Shown here: piece by piece, positions 52,045 through 62,219 of the stretch
How the letters are laid out: each line of letters begins with the position of its first letter
Numbering within the stretch: position 1 is the stretch's first letter
Assembly: GCA_977017575.1 (NCBI GenBank)
Contig: CDRNVI010000049.1
Location: 124,001-188,000, forward strand
Reading direction: 5' to 3'
DNA length: 64,000 bases
DNA from: Paramoeba atlantica
Taxonomy: Eukaryota; Protista; Discosea
Notes under the pieces: model-generated
Databases searched by the model: none
Seen by the model: the letters and a program-made list of their open reading frames with translations, nothing else
What the model was told of the DNA's origin: nothing
Program-made: the position numbers and the translations under genes

Positions 52045-53064
52045 ATGGAAGAAACTGTGGCTCAAAAGCTACTCCGTCAAGTCGAGTTCTACTTCTCCGA
52101 TGTCAATCTCACCCGCGACGCATTCTTCAAGGAACGCATTGCGGAGAATCGATTTGGATACGTACCGCTTTCTGTGATCCTGAAATGTAAAAAGATCGCC
52201 GAACACACACAGGAAATCAGCGTCCTTGCCGATGCTTTAAAGGACAGTACCGAGCTTGCGGTGAACGAGGCAAAGGACGCAGTGAAGCGCGTGAATCCCA
52301 TGCCGGTGTCTCTTGATTTCACTCCACAGACCATTATTATTTTTCCTATTGTCGATGAGCTCACCCAGGAGAAAATTTCGGATGCCACGCAGCGACTGGT
52401 TCCTGAAGCAAAAATTGTGGCAGTGTGGCGAAAACAAAAACGAGATCCCACCACTGCATTTCTGGTGAACATGGCAGAAGTTATACTTCAAGATGCCGAG
52501 ACCGTCGAGGAGCTTTTAAAGAAAATTGAGGCAGGGGAGAAATTTCTCACGCTCTCCTCTACGGAGGACAAAGAACCCGTGCCCGCCCCCAAGGTGATGC
52601 GAAAGACAACGTTTGAAGAACTTAAGAGTAAGTTGGTCGGTGGTTTGCAGAAGAAAAAGAAGAGGGGCGTAGCACCGAGTGTTACAATAGACGATATTCG
52701 GGGATGTGTTTGTTTGCTCTCCGCTTCCGTGCCGCTGGGTGCCATCCGGACAATCAAAGCAAAGCTTTCTGATGAGCTGAAGGAAAAACTTGTTTATGTA
52801 CACGTGCTGGAGGGGGTAAAGGATAAAATGTACATCGTTGCGGCAGATAAAGAAGCTTTACAACAAATGCAAAGCGTGTACTCGAAATGTACGATCCCTA
52901 AGGAGGGAGATGATGAAAAGGAAGGCCCAGAGACCTTAAAAGTATCTGTAGAGGCTGACGAAAAGCTTTTAACTGAAATAGTCGAGGCCCTTGCCAAACG
53001 GTCGCAATATCTGAAAAAGAGTGGTTCTCAAGGTAAATATCAGCAAAAACGAAAACGTCAGTAA
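52045..53064 (+). CDS. La (SS-B) RNA-binding protein
   Basis: La motif KLLRQVEFYFSDVNLTRDAFF...GYVPLSVILKCKKI followed by divergent RRMs and a basic C-terminal tail (QQKRKRQ). Confidence 0.88.
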   Translation: MEETVAQKLLRQVEFYFSDVNLTRDAFFKERIAENRFGYVPLSVILKCKKIAEHTQEISVLADALKDSTELAVNEAKDAVKRVNPMPVSLDFTPQTIIIFPIVDELTQEKISDATQRLVPEAKIVAVWRKQKRDPTTAFLVNMAEVILQDAETVEELLKKIEAGEKFLTLSSTEDKEPVPAPKVMRKTTFEELKSKLVGGLQKKKKRGVAPSVTIDDIRGCVCLLSASVPLGAIRTIKAKLSDELKEKLVYVHVLEGVKDKMYIVAADKEALQQMQSVYSKCTIPKEGDDEKEGPETLKVSVEADEKLLTEIVEALAKRSQYLKKSGSQGKYQQKRKRQ

Positions 53065-53613
53065 TGATCTAAATTATGTTATGATGCGTTCAGTTTTTCT
53101 TCTGAAACTGAAAATGTGTTAGATTTATTGCACGCCCCCAGCTGATTGACCCTTTTGCAGCAAAAGACGTTCCTAACAAGTGCGCTAAAACGGAGCACTC
53201 AGAAACTTCAGTGGACAGCGTTGAAATTGTTTCGATAAGAAAAAAAAATACAAGACTTTCATACAAACGTAATATTGTATAAACTAGAGTTTTTTTATGA
53301 ATTGTTAATTTTTATTACAAGTAATTTTGGGCGTTGATCGAATGTATCACTATCCTTAACAATCTACATTAGTTCTTTACGCTCTAGAATTCGAATGGAT
53401 ACACGTTGCCAAATTGTTTTAGATAATTCTGAGTCGCGAACTTTTTTATTTCTATATTTTCTTCTTTTATAAAAAGGCTCGAACTGACTCACGATTTTTG
53501 CTGCGCGTCTACTCTTAACGTACCGCCAATTCCTGCGGCGTCGTCCGAAAGTTACAAAGTCTGGACCGCAAACGTCGACATCCCTTCTCAGTGTCATTTT
53601 TTCACATGAACTT

Positions 53614-54687
53614 TTGAAATACACTCCAGAATGTTTTTCTGCATATACTAGATATGTGATCCGAATACGGAAGCCCACTGATTTCAGCCGCTTGGGACTT
53701 CTTTCAAACGTTAATCTTTCAACGCCCCCTGAAGAATGTTCTTCTACCCCATATATTGATACTTCTGCTGACGATCCGTCTTTCTACACATACGAAGGTC
53801 CGTATTGTGTGTCAAGCTGTGAAGCTCGTATGCGGGCTTCCAATGAATTTCTTACGTACGTGATGCGCAATATTTCATATTTTCTCCCTGTAGCAGAAAG
53901 TCTCTGTCGGAGATGGCACTGCAGCGCAATATTGTCTGAGGAATCTACTGCATGTGATGATCTTGCAAAGTACATGCACGATATATCTCCCAGAGCTGCG
54001 ATTGCGTATAAATGTGAGGAAGTCATCGCTCACACTTTGTACGTAGCAAAATGCTGTGTGGCGGGTAAAATACATTGTGGAGATCTCCGGTTTTCTGTTT
54101 CGGATGCTCGGGCCTCGGCCGCTCTGAACACTCTTTTACGAGCTGAGTGCTACTCTGGTGAATACGCTGAACGTCGCATTCCGTGCTTTACGCCTTCTAT
54201 TTCCCTTCCTAGTGCGGATGAGAGTACTGAGAAAATTTATTCGATACAAAAAACATTCCGTATCACAAATTTATGGCGTCGTACTTGGGACGGTCACTTT
54301 AACAAGAACACCATAGAATACTCATGTTTGATTCTAAAACAAAGGATTTTTCTATCTTTAACAAAAGACACTAAAGATTGTCCGCTAATTTTGTCTCAGT
54401 TTTTATCAAGGAAGGAAATCTGCTGTATTTTGCGAGGTTTACCTACTATTGATTACGAAATAGAAATGTGTGGGCCTGACTATAGCGCAACATGTAACAT
54501 ACGAATACCGCGCGGGAAATTACTGTCTTCAATTGGGGACATCGGTCGTAGAAAGGTTGAAGCTCAGCGCAACGCCGCCTTCTCGGCCCTACAGGATATT
54601 TTAAATTTCCCTGAGATGTACGGTTTACACGCTCTTGTATTAGGCGAAAGATATTCTTTGGATGAATTCGAACACGTAGGAGTATGA
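53614..54687 (+). CDS. Hypothetical protein with a C-terminal dsRNA-binding motif
   Basis: DYEIEMCGPDYSATCNI...GRRKVEAQRNAAFSALQDI fits the dsRBM pattern. The ORF starts at TTG; first ATG at 53830. Confidence 0.6.
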   Translation: MKYTPECFSAYTRYVIRIRKPTDFSRLGLLSNVNLSTPPEECSSTPYIDTSADDPSFYTYEGPYCVSSCEARMRASNEFLTYVMRNISYFLPVAESLCRRWHCSAILSEESTACDDLAKYMHDISPRAAIAYKCEEVIAHTLYVAKCCVAGKIHCGDLRFSVSDARASAALNTLLRAECYSGEYAERRIPCFTPSISLPSADESTEKIYSIQKTFRITNLWRRTWDGHFNKNTIEYSCLILKQRIFLSLTKDTKDCPLILSQFLSRKEICCILRGLPTIDYEIEMCGPDYSATCNIRIPRGKLLSSIGDIGRRKVEAQRNAAFSALQDILNFPEMYGLHALVLGERYSLDEFEHVGV

Positions 54688-55186
54688 AATGTATACACAA
54701 AACAATGCTACTTTTTTATTCGAATTATTTTTTAATGTATTCTACGCTTAAACCTCTGGACATCATCAAAAGAATACTATTGCGTAGTGTAAATATCGCA
54801 AGACTTTGTTGATCTCATAAAAAATGTTTTTCTTGGATTATTTTTTTGTTTTCTTTTTAGGTCATCTTCAACTTGACACGCTTTTGTACTGTTTCCAAAT
54901 TAATCATTTTATGATGGACATCTACGTTTACATTCACACATATGTACATCTACATTAGATCCAGGCTATTAGTCCAGGCTATTAGATGTCCATCCAGGGT
55001 ATTACTTGTTCTTTTAACTTGCCAGTACTTTTTCTTGCTCCGATGAGCGGTATACAGAATTTTAGCTGCAGATGATGTGGTCTATATTGTAGTCGTTCGA
55101 TAGTTTCGGAAATTTTCATATTTTTCTTTATTGAGGGAGATACTATTCCATCGCTGTCCTATATGAATAGATTTTGGTCTATATTA

Positions 55187-57978
55187 CTCCCCCTCTCATT
55201 AATTGATTATAATTATAATTATTGATAATTATAATTATAATTAATAATTATTAATATAAATATTTTATATATTTTATTTATTATTATTAATTAATATAAT
55301 ATATTATATTATATTATTATTATTAATATATTATTATTATTAATTATTAATATATTATTATTAATAATTAATAATTATAGACCTCTAAAACTCATTAAAG
55401 AGTTTGTTTATAGAAATTTAATGAGATTATAATTCTGAGTTGCACTTCTACAATTATAAACCTCAAATTCTTCATTTTTTATCTAGAAAGACACCTGTAC
55501 GACATACTTTGCACTAAAAAATGCTTCAAAGTTGAACGAAGTGTCTCGAAAATCAAGAATTTGAAGTCCATAATAAGAAAAAATCACTTATCGAATCTCA
55601 TTAATAATCATAAACTATAATTATTAAAGAGTGTAAACTATAATTAGAGTGTAAACTATAATTATTGAAGAGTGTGCTAACGGTTCACCTACCTCGGCGC
55701 TTAAGCGCGCTGGGGAACTGGTTAGAGCGGGCGCTTTCTCCAGAGCAGCGAAAATACTCGAAGCCCCTTTGGATCCCCCCGCTAACCCTTCCGCGGCCTT
55801 AGACCAAGCAAGACGCCTCCATCCGACCGGGGGCCCATATACCTCCGGCATGTATCGCTACGACCAAGATGTCCACGGGGCGCTCCCGTCCCCGGCGGAT
55901 GTGGCCCGGAAGGTCCGAGGCTTGGCTCCGCTTCGTGCCCCGGGACCGTCCGGGTGGACCAAGGAGCTACTGGCCCCGGCCCTTATGGAGGATGATCCCC
56001 GGGAATGTGTGACGTGGATTGTCCACGGTATCATTACGAACACCCTCCCTAACTCCATGAGGGAGATACTAACGGGGGCCACCCTTAAACTGTTTTCCAA
56101 ACCGGGTGCCCCAGCGGGGCATCACTCGACCTATCGACCAATTGCCATGGGCGAAGTGTTCCTGAAGCTGGCGGGACTCCTCGCCCTTGAAAGGGTGCGC
56201 GAACACCTCCCAACCGTCTTCCAAGGGCTCCAATTCGGGGCCCAATACACCCAAGGGTGTGAACACATCGTGTACGAGGTGCGCGATCACTTCCGAGACA
56301 GGCCCGACGAGGTTATTGTCGCGGCGGACCTCGAGAATGCCTTAACAGCATCTCGAGGTCAGCTATTTTCAGGGCTATACGGGGGAACCCCAAACTTCTC
56401 CCCCTCGAGGGCATTACCCTTTTCGGATACGGGAAACCCAGCGCTCTTCATCTGGGCGAGGGCAATGTCCTCATGGGCACCATGGGGGTCAAACAGGGAG
56501 ACCCGCTCGCCCTGTTCCTGTTCGCGATCGGGATACAGGGGGTCATCTCTCGAGTGGCGGCCAAATTCCCCAGCTCCTTGAAATTATGGGCTTACCTCGA
56601 TGACGTCACCCTCGCTGGGGAGCCCAAGGTGTGCGGGGAGGCCCTCGATGCCCTCCGAAATCAAAGGTTGAAGCTAAACGCTGCCAAGAGTAAGGTCGCC
56701 ACCCGCCGGGATGACCTATACTCGGCTTTCAAAGGTACCAGAATGGTGCACTCCCCGGGCGGGGTTAAGCTCCTTGGAGCTTATATTGGAGCTTCGGAGT
56801 CGGTTGAGGAGGAATGGGTGTTCTCCAAGGTCCCCAAAGTGGCCTCCTTCCTGGGGAAACTGAAGGACCTCCCCAGGCAATGCGCCTTACCCCTCCTGCG
56901 GCTATGCGGCAGCCCGCGCTGGAATTATATTGTGCGGACGCACGAACCCCTGGTCACCAAGATGGCCAATAAACAAATTGACTGTGCCATCAAGGCGTGC
57001 TCTGAAGCCTTACTCGGAGGGATGGACCCCCTTGGAAAGTCGCCGTTCTCAAATCCCCTTTTTACGGCGGACTTCCTAGGAACCATTCCTTTCGAGCACA
57101 AAGGTGAGGGGCAAAGCCACACATGCAGGGCAAGGCCAAAAACGCCCTCCAAGGCCTCACTCAGGGTACGCCAGCCAAGGAGCTGAGACGCAGCTTCTGT
57201 GAGGCGGCCATCCAGAAGGCCGCCTCGGCCACCCATTTGGTCTGTGTGAGACAGATTCAAAACATCCACTCTACCAAATGGATGAATGCGTGGTGGAACA
57301 GGCCGGAATACTACATGCGGGACACCCGAGTGGGAAACAGCGGCCCGCCTTCGGTACTTGGTCTCCCCGACCTCCGAACCTGAACTACAGTGCGTGTACG
57401 GCGCCACCGTCAGGAACGAGGATTTTTGCGTCCACGCGCTGGACTGCAAGAAGGTCAGGGGCAAGACCCAAGCCTCTCGACATAAAGTAGTTAAGGAAAC
57501 CTTCCGAGACCTCCTAATCAACTATGGTTTCTCCCCAGACCTTTGCGAACCCAGGTTCGACAACGGTCGAGGCCCTGACATATGCTTCCAACTGGGCTGG
57601 AAGCTCGCCGTTGTGGACGTCACCGTGGTCAACCCACTGGCCCCGTCCTACGTAGATAAGGAGGCCGCCCATCCCTCTTATACACTGAGGATGGCGGAAG
57701 GCAACAAGCGCCGCGCCCATGACGAGATGGCGGCCGCCAGATGGATTTTTTCCCCCTGGCCTTCACCACCTATGGCGTGCCTGGCCCCAGAAGGCATCTA
57801 TGGGGTGCCTTGCCATCCAGAAGGGCAATGCCCAGATAGTGCAAGCGGCGGTACAGGATTGGTACCGTCGCGGGGTGTGCTAACTGGGGTAGGAGCGGGG
57901 GGTGAAAATATAATTACGCATCATAGATTATTCAATTATAGTTATAAACTAAAGTGCTCTTATTTATGAGAGGGGGAG
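55187..57978. mobile_element. TA-flanked TIR element (Stowaway/Tc1-like ends) enclosing the CRE-type retrotransposon
   Basis: TA-CTCCCCCTCTCATTAAT at 55187 and ATTTATGAGAGGGGGAG-TA ending 57978 (13 bp perfect, 16/17 overall). The non-retroelement part is ~540 bp and AT-rich. Confidence 0.75.
55666..57913 (+). mobile_element. CRE/SLACS/CZAR-clade non-LTR retrotransposon (RT plus restriction-like endonuclease), 5'-truncated and frameshifted
   Basis: RT motifs APGPSGW, YRPIAMGE, QFG, DLENA(F)NSISR, GVKQGDP, AYLDDV, LKLNAAKS and VKLLG, then C..H..C, RH, PD and DVTV endonuclease motifs. Frameshifts near 56341, ~57100 and 57324. Confidence 0.93.
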
Positions 57979-58406
57979 TATTTTTTAGGGGGACTAATAG
58001 AATTTTACGTAGACTCCCGAGTACGATATAGTAGAAAGATTTTTTTAGCTAAAGGGAATTTTAGTACACTTCGTATTAATATCTCAGAATAATCTCACTT
58101 CTTCGTAGTAATATCTCATTTTACATGCAATCTTGCATTGAAAATATCACATTCATTTTTCGAAAAATATTCTTTTATCCAGGTAATAATTCGTAAGCTG
58201 CGTAGGATCTTACTTTAGCAAACGATATACGACCGTTCAACTAATTCTTATTTCCACTAATGTTAGGTAAGCTATGGGTAAGCCGATGAAGCATTTCCCT
58301 TTACCGTCACCAAGCAAAGCGAAACGATATTACTACTTCTGCTCCATGCAAGTACAGTGAGCCACTACACATTTTCTAAACTGATCTCCACAAAAGCACA
58401 AGCAAA

Positions 58407-60236
58407 ATGTTCTTTTCCCGACCACGAAACCTTTTCATGTCCGGATTCTGCAAAGCCTATGACGAGTTCCGCGAGCGCTACGCTCGTTTCGAACTCGCCC
58501 GTAAATCCGAGAACCCCATCTCCTTCAAAGAGGCCATGACGGAGGACCTTAAAAAATCCCGCCACCCCAAACCCAAACGTGTCCGCACCGAGGAGCTCCT
58601 CATCACCACCACCGCCTCCCACATCGAGGCCGGTGGGGAGGTCTCCGAACAGGCCGTCCGCGACCAAACCCCCGCCTCCTTGGTCGCCGGAGGTCAGGCC
58701 ACACTCCAAAAAGGCGCCCCCCTCCCCCAACTCCCCTATCTCACTAAGGAGTTCCTCCTGGAGGCCTCCACCCCCGGCGGGGAGCCCGATGTTTGTATGA
58801 TCTGCAACCACTCCCTTCCCCTCAGCTGGGCGAACCACATCCACACCCCCCAGCACCGTATCACCGCCTCGACCTTTACGATTCTGCTCAACCGACACCG
58901 CGGCCAGGACGTGGACCAAATCTTTCGTGCCTTCACGGGTTCCGCGCTGCTCCACCCCGCGGGGTACTACGTGTGCCCCGAGCTGGTCGGGCAGATTGGG
59001 AGCGTAGCGGATATGGCCATGAAACTCCGTAGCGTGCTGTCCTATTTAAGGCGGGAGAGGGTACTGCAGTACTCGATGAGTTTGGTCGGGATGCGAGCGT
59101 GTTTTGAGCAAATGGAGCGGCTGGGGGATTTGGTGCTGACCCCGATTATTAGTGATGTGTTGGGGTCGATTTTTGATGTGGATACGGAGTATAATTTAAT
59201 GCCGATTCTGGCGCCTGGGTTGTCGAATTCGCAGACACATTATGGTTCGATTACGGATGCGTATTTTACGTCGAATTTGCATTTAGAGTACGCGTTTGAC
59301 CGGCTTGATTTAAGTGAAATCACAGAGATATCCTGCGACTCCAGCCGGTTGGAGGGAAAGGGTAAGGCGGATGTTATGGAGGCCATTCTGGGTGAGCTTC
59401 AGCTCTTCCTGTGGGCTTGTGAGGCTGATCCGGTTTTTGGGGACTGGTCCCAGAGACAGTATGTTGAGGCACATCACCATCCGCTTATTACTTTGGCCGA
59501 ACATGCTAAGAATGTATTAGTCGGACTGGTGGTGCTGGTTTTCATGCGTGTCGTCATCGAAAACTGCGTCCCTATGATGCGAAAATACGAAGAAACGATA
59601 GAAAAGCACTCCAATATGGCCTTGCGGAGGATTCCGAAGTTGGCGACATGTGAATCATATGTTCGCCGTGAATTTCGTCCTGTAATATGCTTAGCTCCAC
59701 ACAGGCCACCGCAGGAAAGAAAAAATGGTTTTTTAAACATGGCTTCAGCAAAGGACGATTGCTCAACTACCTTCCCTAATGTTGACGTAAATAGATGTTC
59801 CTTATTTCGTCCGAGTTCTTGCGCTGGTTATCAACTGGAAAAGTACGTGTCCTGTTCTGAAGGATACTCCACAAAAGAGTTTTCTCACACAATTGGAAAG
59901 GAAAAGAAATTTCAAAATTGCAGCCAGAAGATTGCCATGCAGAACGTCATACAGTCGCATCTTCTTTTTGCTGATTACAAACACTCACCCGCAAAATCCA
60001 CTAATGATACAGATGGTTCTTCTAAAGGAGACCGAAAGTCACCCACATTTTCGGAAGGTTCTTCAAACTCCAATCCGACAACTGAGAAAATACACTCCGC
60101 ACGCCCGCTCTCCGAGACAGAAATTTTATTACCCAAAGATACGGTTTCACAGGTTTCACTTGACGTAATAAGACATAAGGAATTTTTGGATGGTCAAGCA
60201 GCGAGGCGAAATGATGTTTCTGTTGCACAAACATGA
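58407..60236 (+). CDS. Mitochondrial RNA-editing endonuclease-like protein (KREN/KREPB family: U1-type zinc finger plus RNase III)
   Basis: Presequence-like MFFSRPRNLF; CMICNHSLPLSWANHIHTPQH (U1/matrin C2H2); RNase III signatures FEQMERLGD and KADVMEAILGEL. Confidence 0.75.
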   Translation: MFFSRPRNLFMSGFCKAYDEFRERYARFELARKSENPISFKEAMTEDLKKSRHPKPKRVRTEELLITTTASHIEAGGEVSEQAVRDQTPASLVAGGQATLQKGAPLPQLPYLTKEFLLEASTPGGEPDVCMICNHSLPLSWANHIHTPQHRITASTFTILLNRHRGQDVDQIFRAFTGSALLHPAGYYVCPELVGQIGSVADMAMKLRSVLSYLRRERVLQYSMSLVGMRACFEQMERLGDLVLTPIISDVLGSIFDVDTEYNLMPILAPGLSNSQTHYGSITDAYFTSNLHLEYAFDRLDLSEITEISCDSSRLEGKGKADVMEAILGELQLFLWACEADPVFGDWSQRQYVEAHHHPLITLAEHAKNVLVGLVVLVFMRVVIENCVPMMRKYEETIEKHSNMALRRIPKLATCESYVRREFRPVICLAPHRPPQERKNGFLNMASAKDDCSTTFPNVDVNRCSLFRPSSCAGYQLEKYVSCSEGYSTKEFSHTIGKEKKFQNCSQKIAMQNVIQSHLLFADYKHSPAKSTNDTDGSSKGDRKSPTFSEGSSNSNPTTEKIHSARPLSETEILLPKDTVSQVSLDVIRHKEFLDGQAARRNDVSVAQT

Positions 60237-60539
60237 TGATCTTGAACACCTTGAAACGTATCTAGAAAGAGTGTTGTTTCTCATCGTTCTAGAATTTTTG
60301 TCTGATGGCAAATATTCCCGTTCTGCTAAAAAACGAATAGAACATTATCTCAAAGTCTTGTTTCTCTAAGGTACTTGTGCAAGCTTCAAAAGGTAAGAGT
60401 TTAACAGTAGAAGTTTTGTTCGTTGAGAGGTTGAGATGTGATATGATACTATTGTATTAGGATATGGTACACCTTTATTCATATTAGTACACATGCTTGA
60501 TCCCCGTGCACACTCCGAATTAACAGCTACGACTGACAA

Positions 60540-62219
60540 ATGGATGAGTGGATACTGATTAGCTGTAACGGGTTGCTGCCCGCTCACTTTGAAGGGGCCC
60601 AGGTGAATGAGGAAATTTCGTGTGTCTCGCTTCTAAAACAAACACACATGGGTTCTGCAATGTCGAATTCAAGTGCAAATTTAATATCGAAGTCCGAAAT
60701 ATACATAATATTTCGCCAAAGTCAAATGAGCGAAGGGAATTCTATTAGTTTCAATTGTGTTCCCCCAACCCTCACATCTAAGTTGTGCTATCCTTGCACG
60801 AATCATATTTCTCCAACGTACTCTGCATCGGAGTATGTTCAAATCGCATTCGCAAAAGATTATGCAAAAACGCAAATTTTGGAAGTGGATGTTTACGTGC
60901 GGAATAAAAACGAAAATTTGGACAAGTCGTGTGATGAATCTTCACAAGGCGCAACTTGCTATTCTTCGGAAAAGCTTGGCACTGCATACATTATCCTAAT
61001 TTCACGGAGTAGCAGCAACCCAGCGCCTTTGACAAGCGCAAGTCCTATTATATCCCCTTCTAACGGGCTTGTCGGTGAGTTTTACTATACTGTGCAACAC
61101 TTTAAAGTCACAACAGGGTGTGTCGTACCTCATTGTAGGTGCATCTATTGTTCTTGTGTGCGATCGAAAAAAAATTGCACCCGACAAAAGGATCACGTCT
61201 CGTCCTTTCTTGTTGGACACCGAGGGAACGGAGCTATCTCCTCAGATGTGAATGCGCCATGCGATCGAACGGGACGTCGAAAGCCTCCGGAAAACACTTT
61301 GGATTCTTTTGAAAAAGCTATTCAAGTAGACAAAATTTCCTTTGTTGAGATTGACGTTCACCTTACCGCCGATAGAATTCCGATTGTGTTTCATGACTTT
61401 AAAGTTAATGTCGCCAGCAATAACAGTGCGTTAACTATTCCAGTTCCCATTGCCCACCTAACTCTGAAGGAATTGGAGGGAATTCGCATTGCAGAGCACA
61501 GAACTTCGCACTTTAAGGCTGTAGTTACGAATCATTGGAATGAGATAATTGAACGCTCTGAATCGGCATCTCAGCGAGAAGCACCATCTAACTTGCACTT
61601 GAACTCTTGGATTCCGATGTCGATTTTAACACCATATCTTCGCAAAGGCTTTTTGAGTTATAAAAAGGCTCTCTGCGAGTCCCCTTCTGCGCTTTCTTTT
61701 AATGTGGAGATTAAATACCCCACCTTTGATGAGGATTCCTTTGTTAAATCTAGTGATGTATATCAAAACATGTACGCATATGTTCAGGGCATTGTGGACA
61801 TTTCTCTGCAACATTGTGGCGCTCGGGAAATCGTATTTTCTTCGTTCTCTCCGGAAATATGTATCTTGACACGGGTCATGCAAACTTGTTTTCCAGTCTT
61901 CTTTCTCGTAGCCGAAACAAAAGATGATGGTGGTTACTTTTTAAATGATGGACGAACTGCATCTGCTCAACGGGCACTTGATTTTTGCTGCAAAGTTGGG
62001 CTATGTGGTCTTGTTTTGGAAGCATCTTGGTTGCATTTTAATCCAGAAATTATTCACGAAATGGCTGAGAAGGGGAAACAGCTATGGACATATGGTAAAG
62101 GTAACAATGCTGCCTCGTGGGTAATGCAGCAATATGATTTAGGAGTACATCGTGTCATTACCGACCTTACTGGACAATTAATTGGTGAGATTAGAGCAGT
62201 GGGATTCTTAACATTTTAA
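60540..62219 (+). CDS. Glycerophosphodiester phosphodiesterase (GDE1/GPCPD1-like)
   Basis: VGHRGNG, PENTLDSF, FVEIDVHLTAD.IPIVFHD, FNVEIKYP, IVFSSFSP and LWTYG..NN. Confidence 0.9.
   Translation: MDEWILISCNGLLPAHFEGAQVNEEISCVSLLKQTHMGSAMSNSSANLISKSEIYIIFRQSQMSEGNSISFNCVPPTLTSKLCYPCTNHISPTYSASEYVQIAFAKDYAKTQILEVDVYVRNKNENLDKSCDESSQGATCYSSEKLGTAYIILISRSSSNPAPLTSASPIISPSNGLVGEFYYTVQHFKVTTGCVVPHCRCIYCSCVRSKKNCTRQKDHVSSFLVGHRGNGAISSDVNAPCDRTGRRKPPENTLDSFEKAIQVDKISFVEIDVHLTADRIPIVFHDFKVNVASNNSALTIPVPIAHLTLKELEGIRIAEHRTSHFKAVVTNHWNEIIERSESASQREAPSNLHLNSWIPMSILTPYLRKGFLSYKKALCESPSALSFNVEIKYPTFDEDSFVKSSDVYQNMYAYVQGIVDISLQHCGAREIVFSSFSPEICILTRVMQTCFPVFFLVAETKDDGGYFLNDGRTASAQRALDFCCKVGLCGLVLEASWLHFNPEIIHEMAEKGKQLWTYGKGNNAASWVMQQYDLGVHRVITDLTGQLIGEIRAVGFLTF

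Noticed and set aside
55560-55700. SL RNA gene as the target of the CRE insertions (also checked around 29880-29925 and both 3' flanks)
   Set aside because: No ACAGTTTCTGTACT-like SL exon core is visible near either copy.
55666-57913. Reverse transcriptase as a retron, DGR, group II intron or defence RT
   Set aside because: A downstream CCHC knuckle plus PD-(D/E)xK-type endonuclease, 5' truncation and the eukaryotic context identify a CRE-clade non-LTR retrotransposon.
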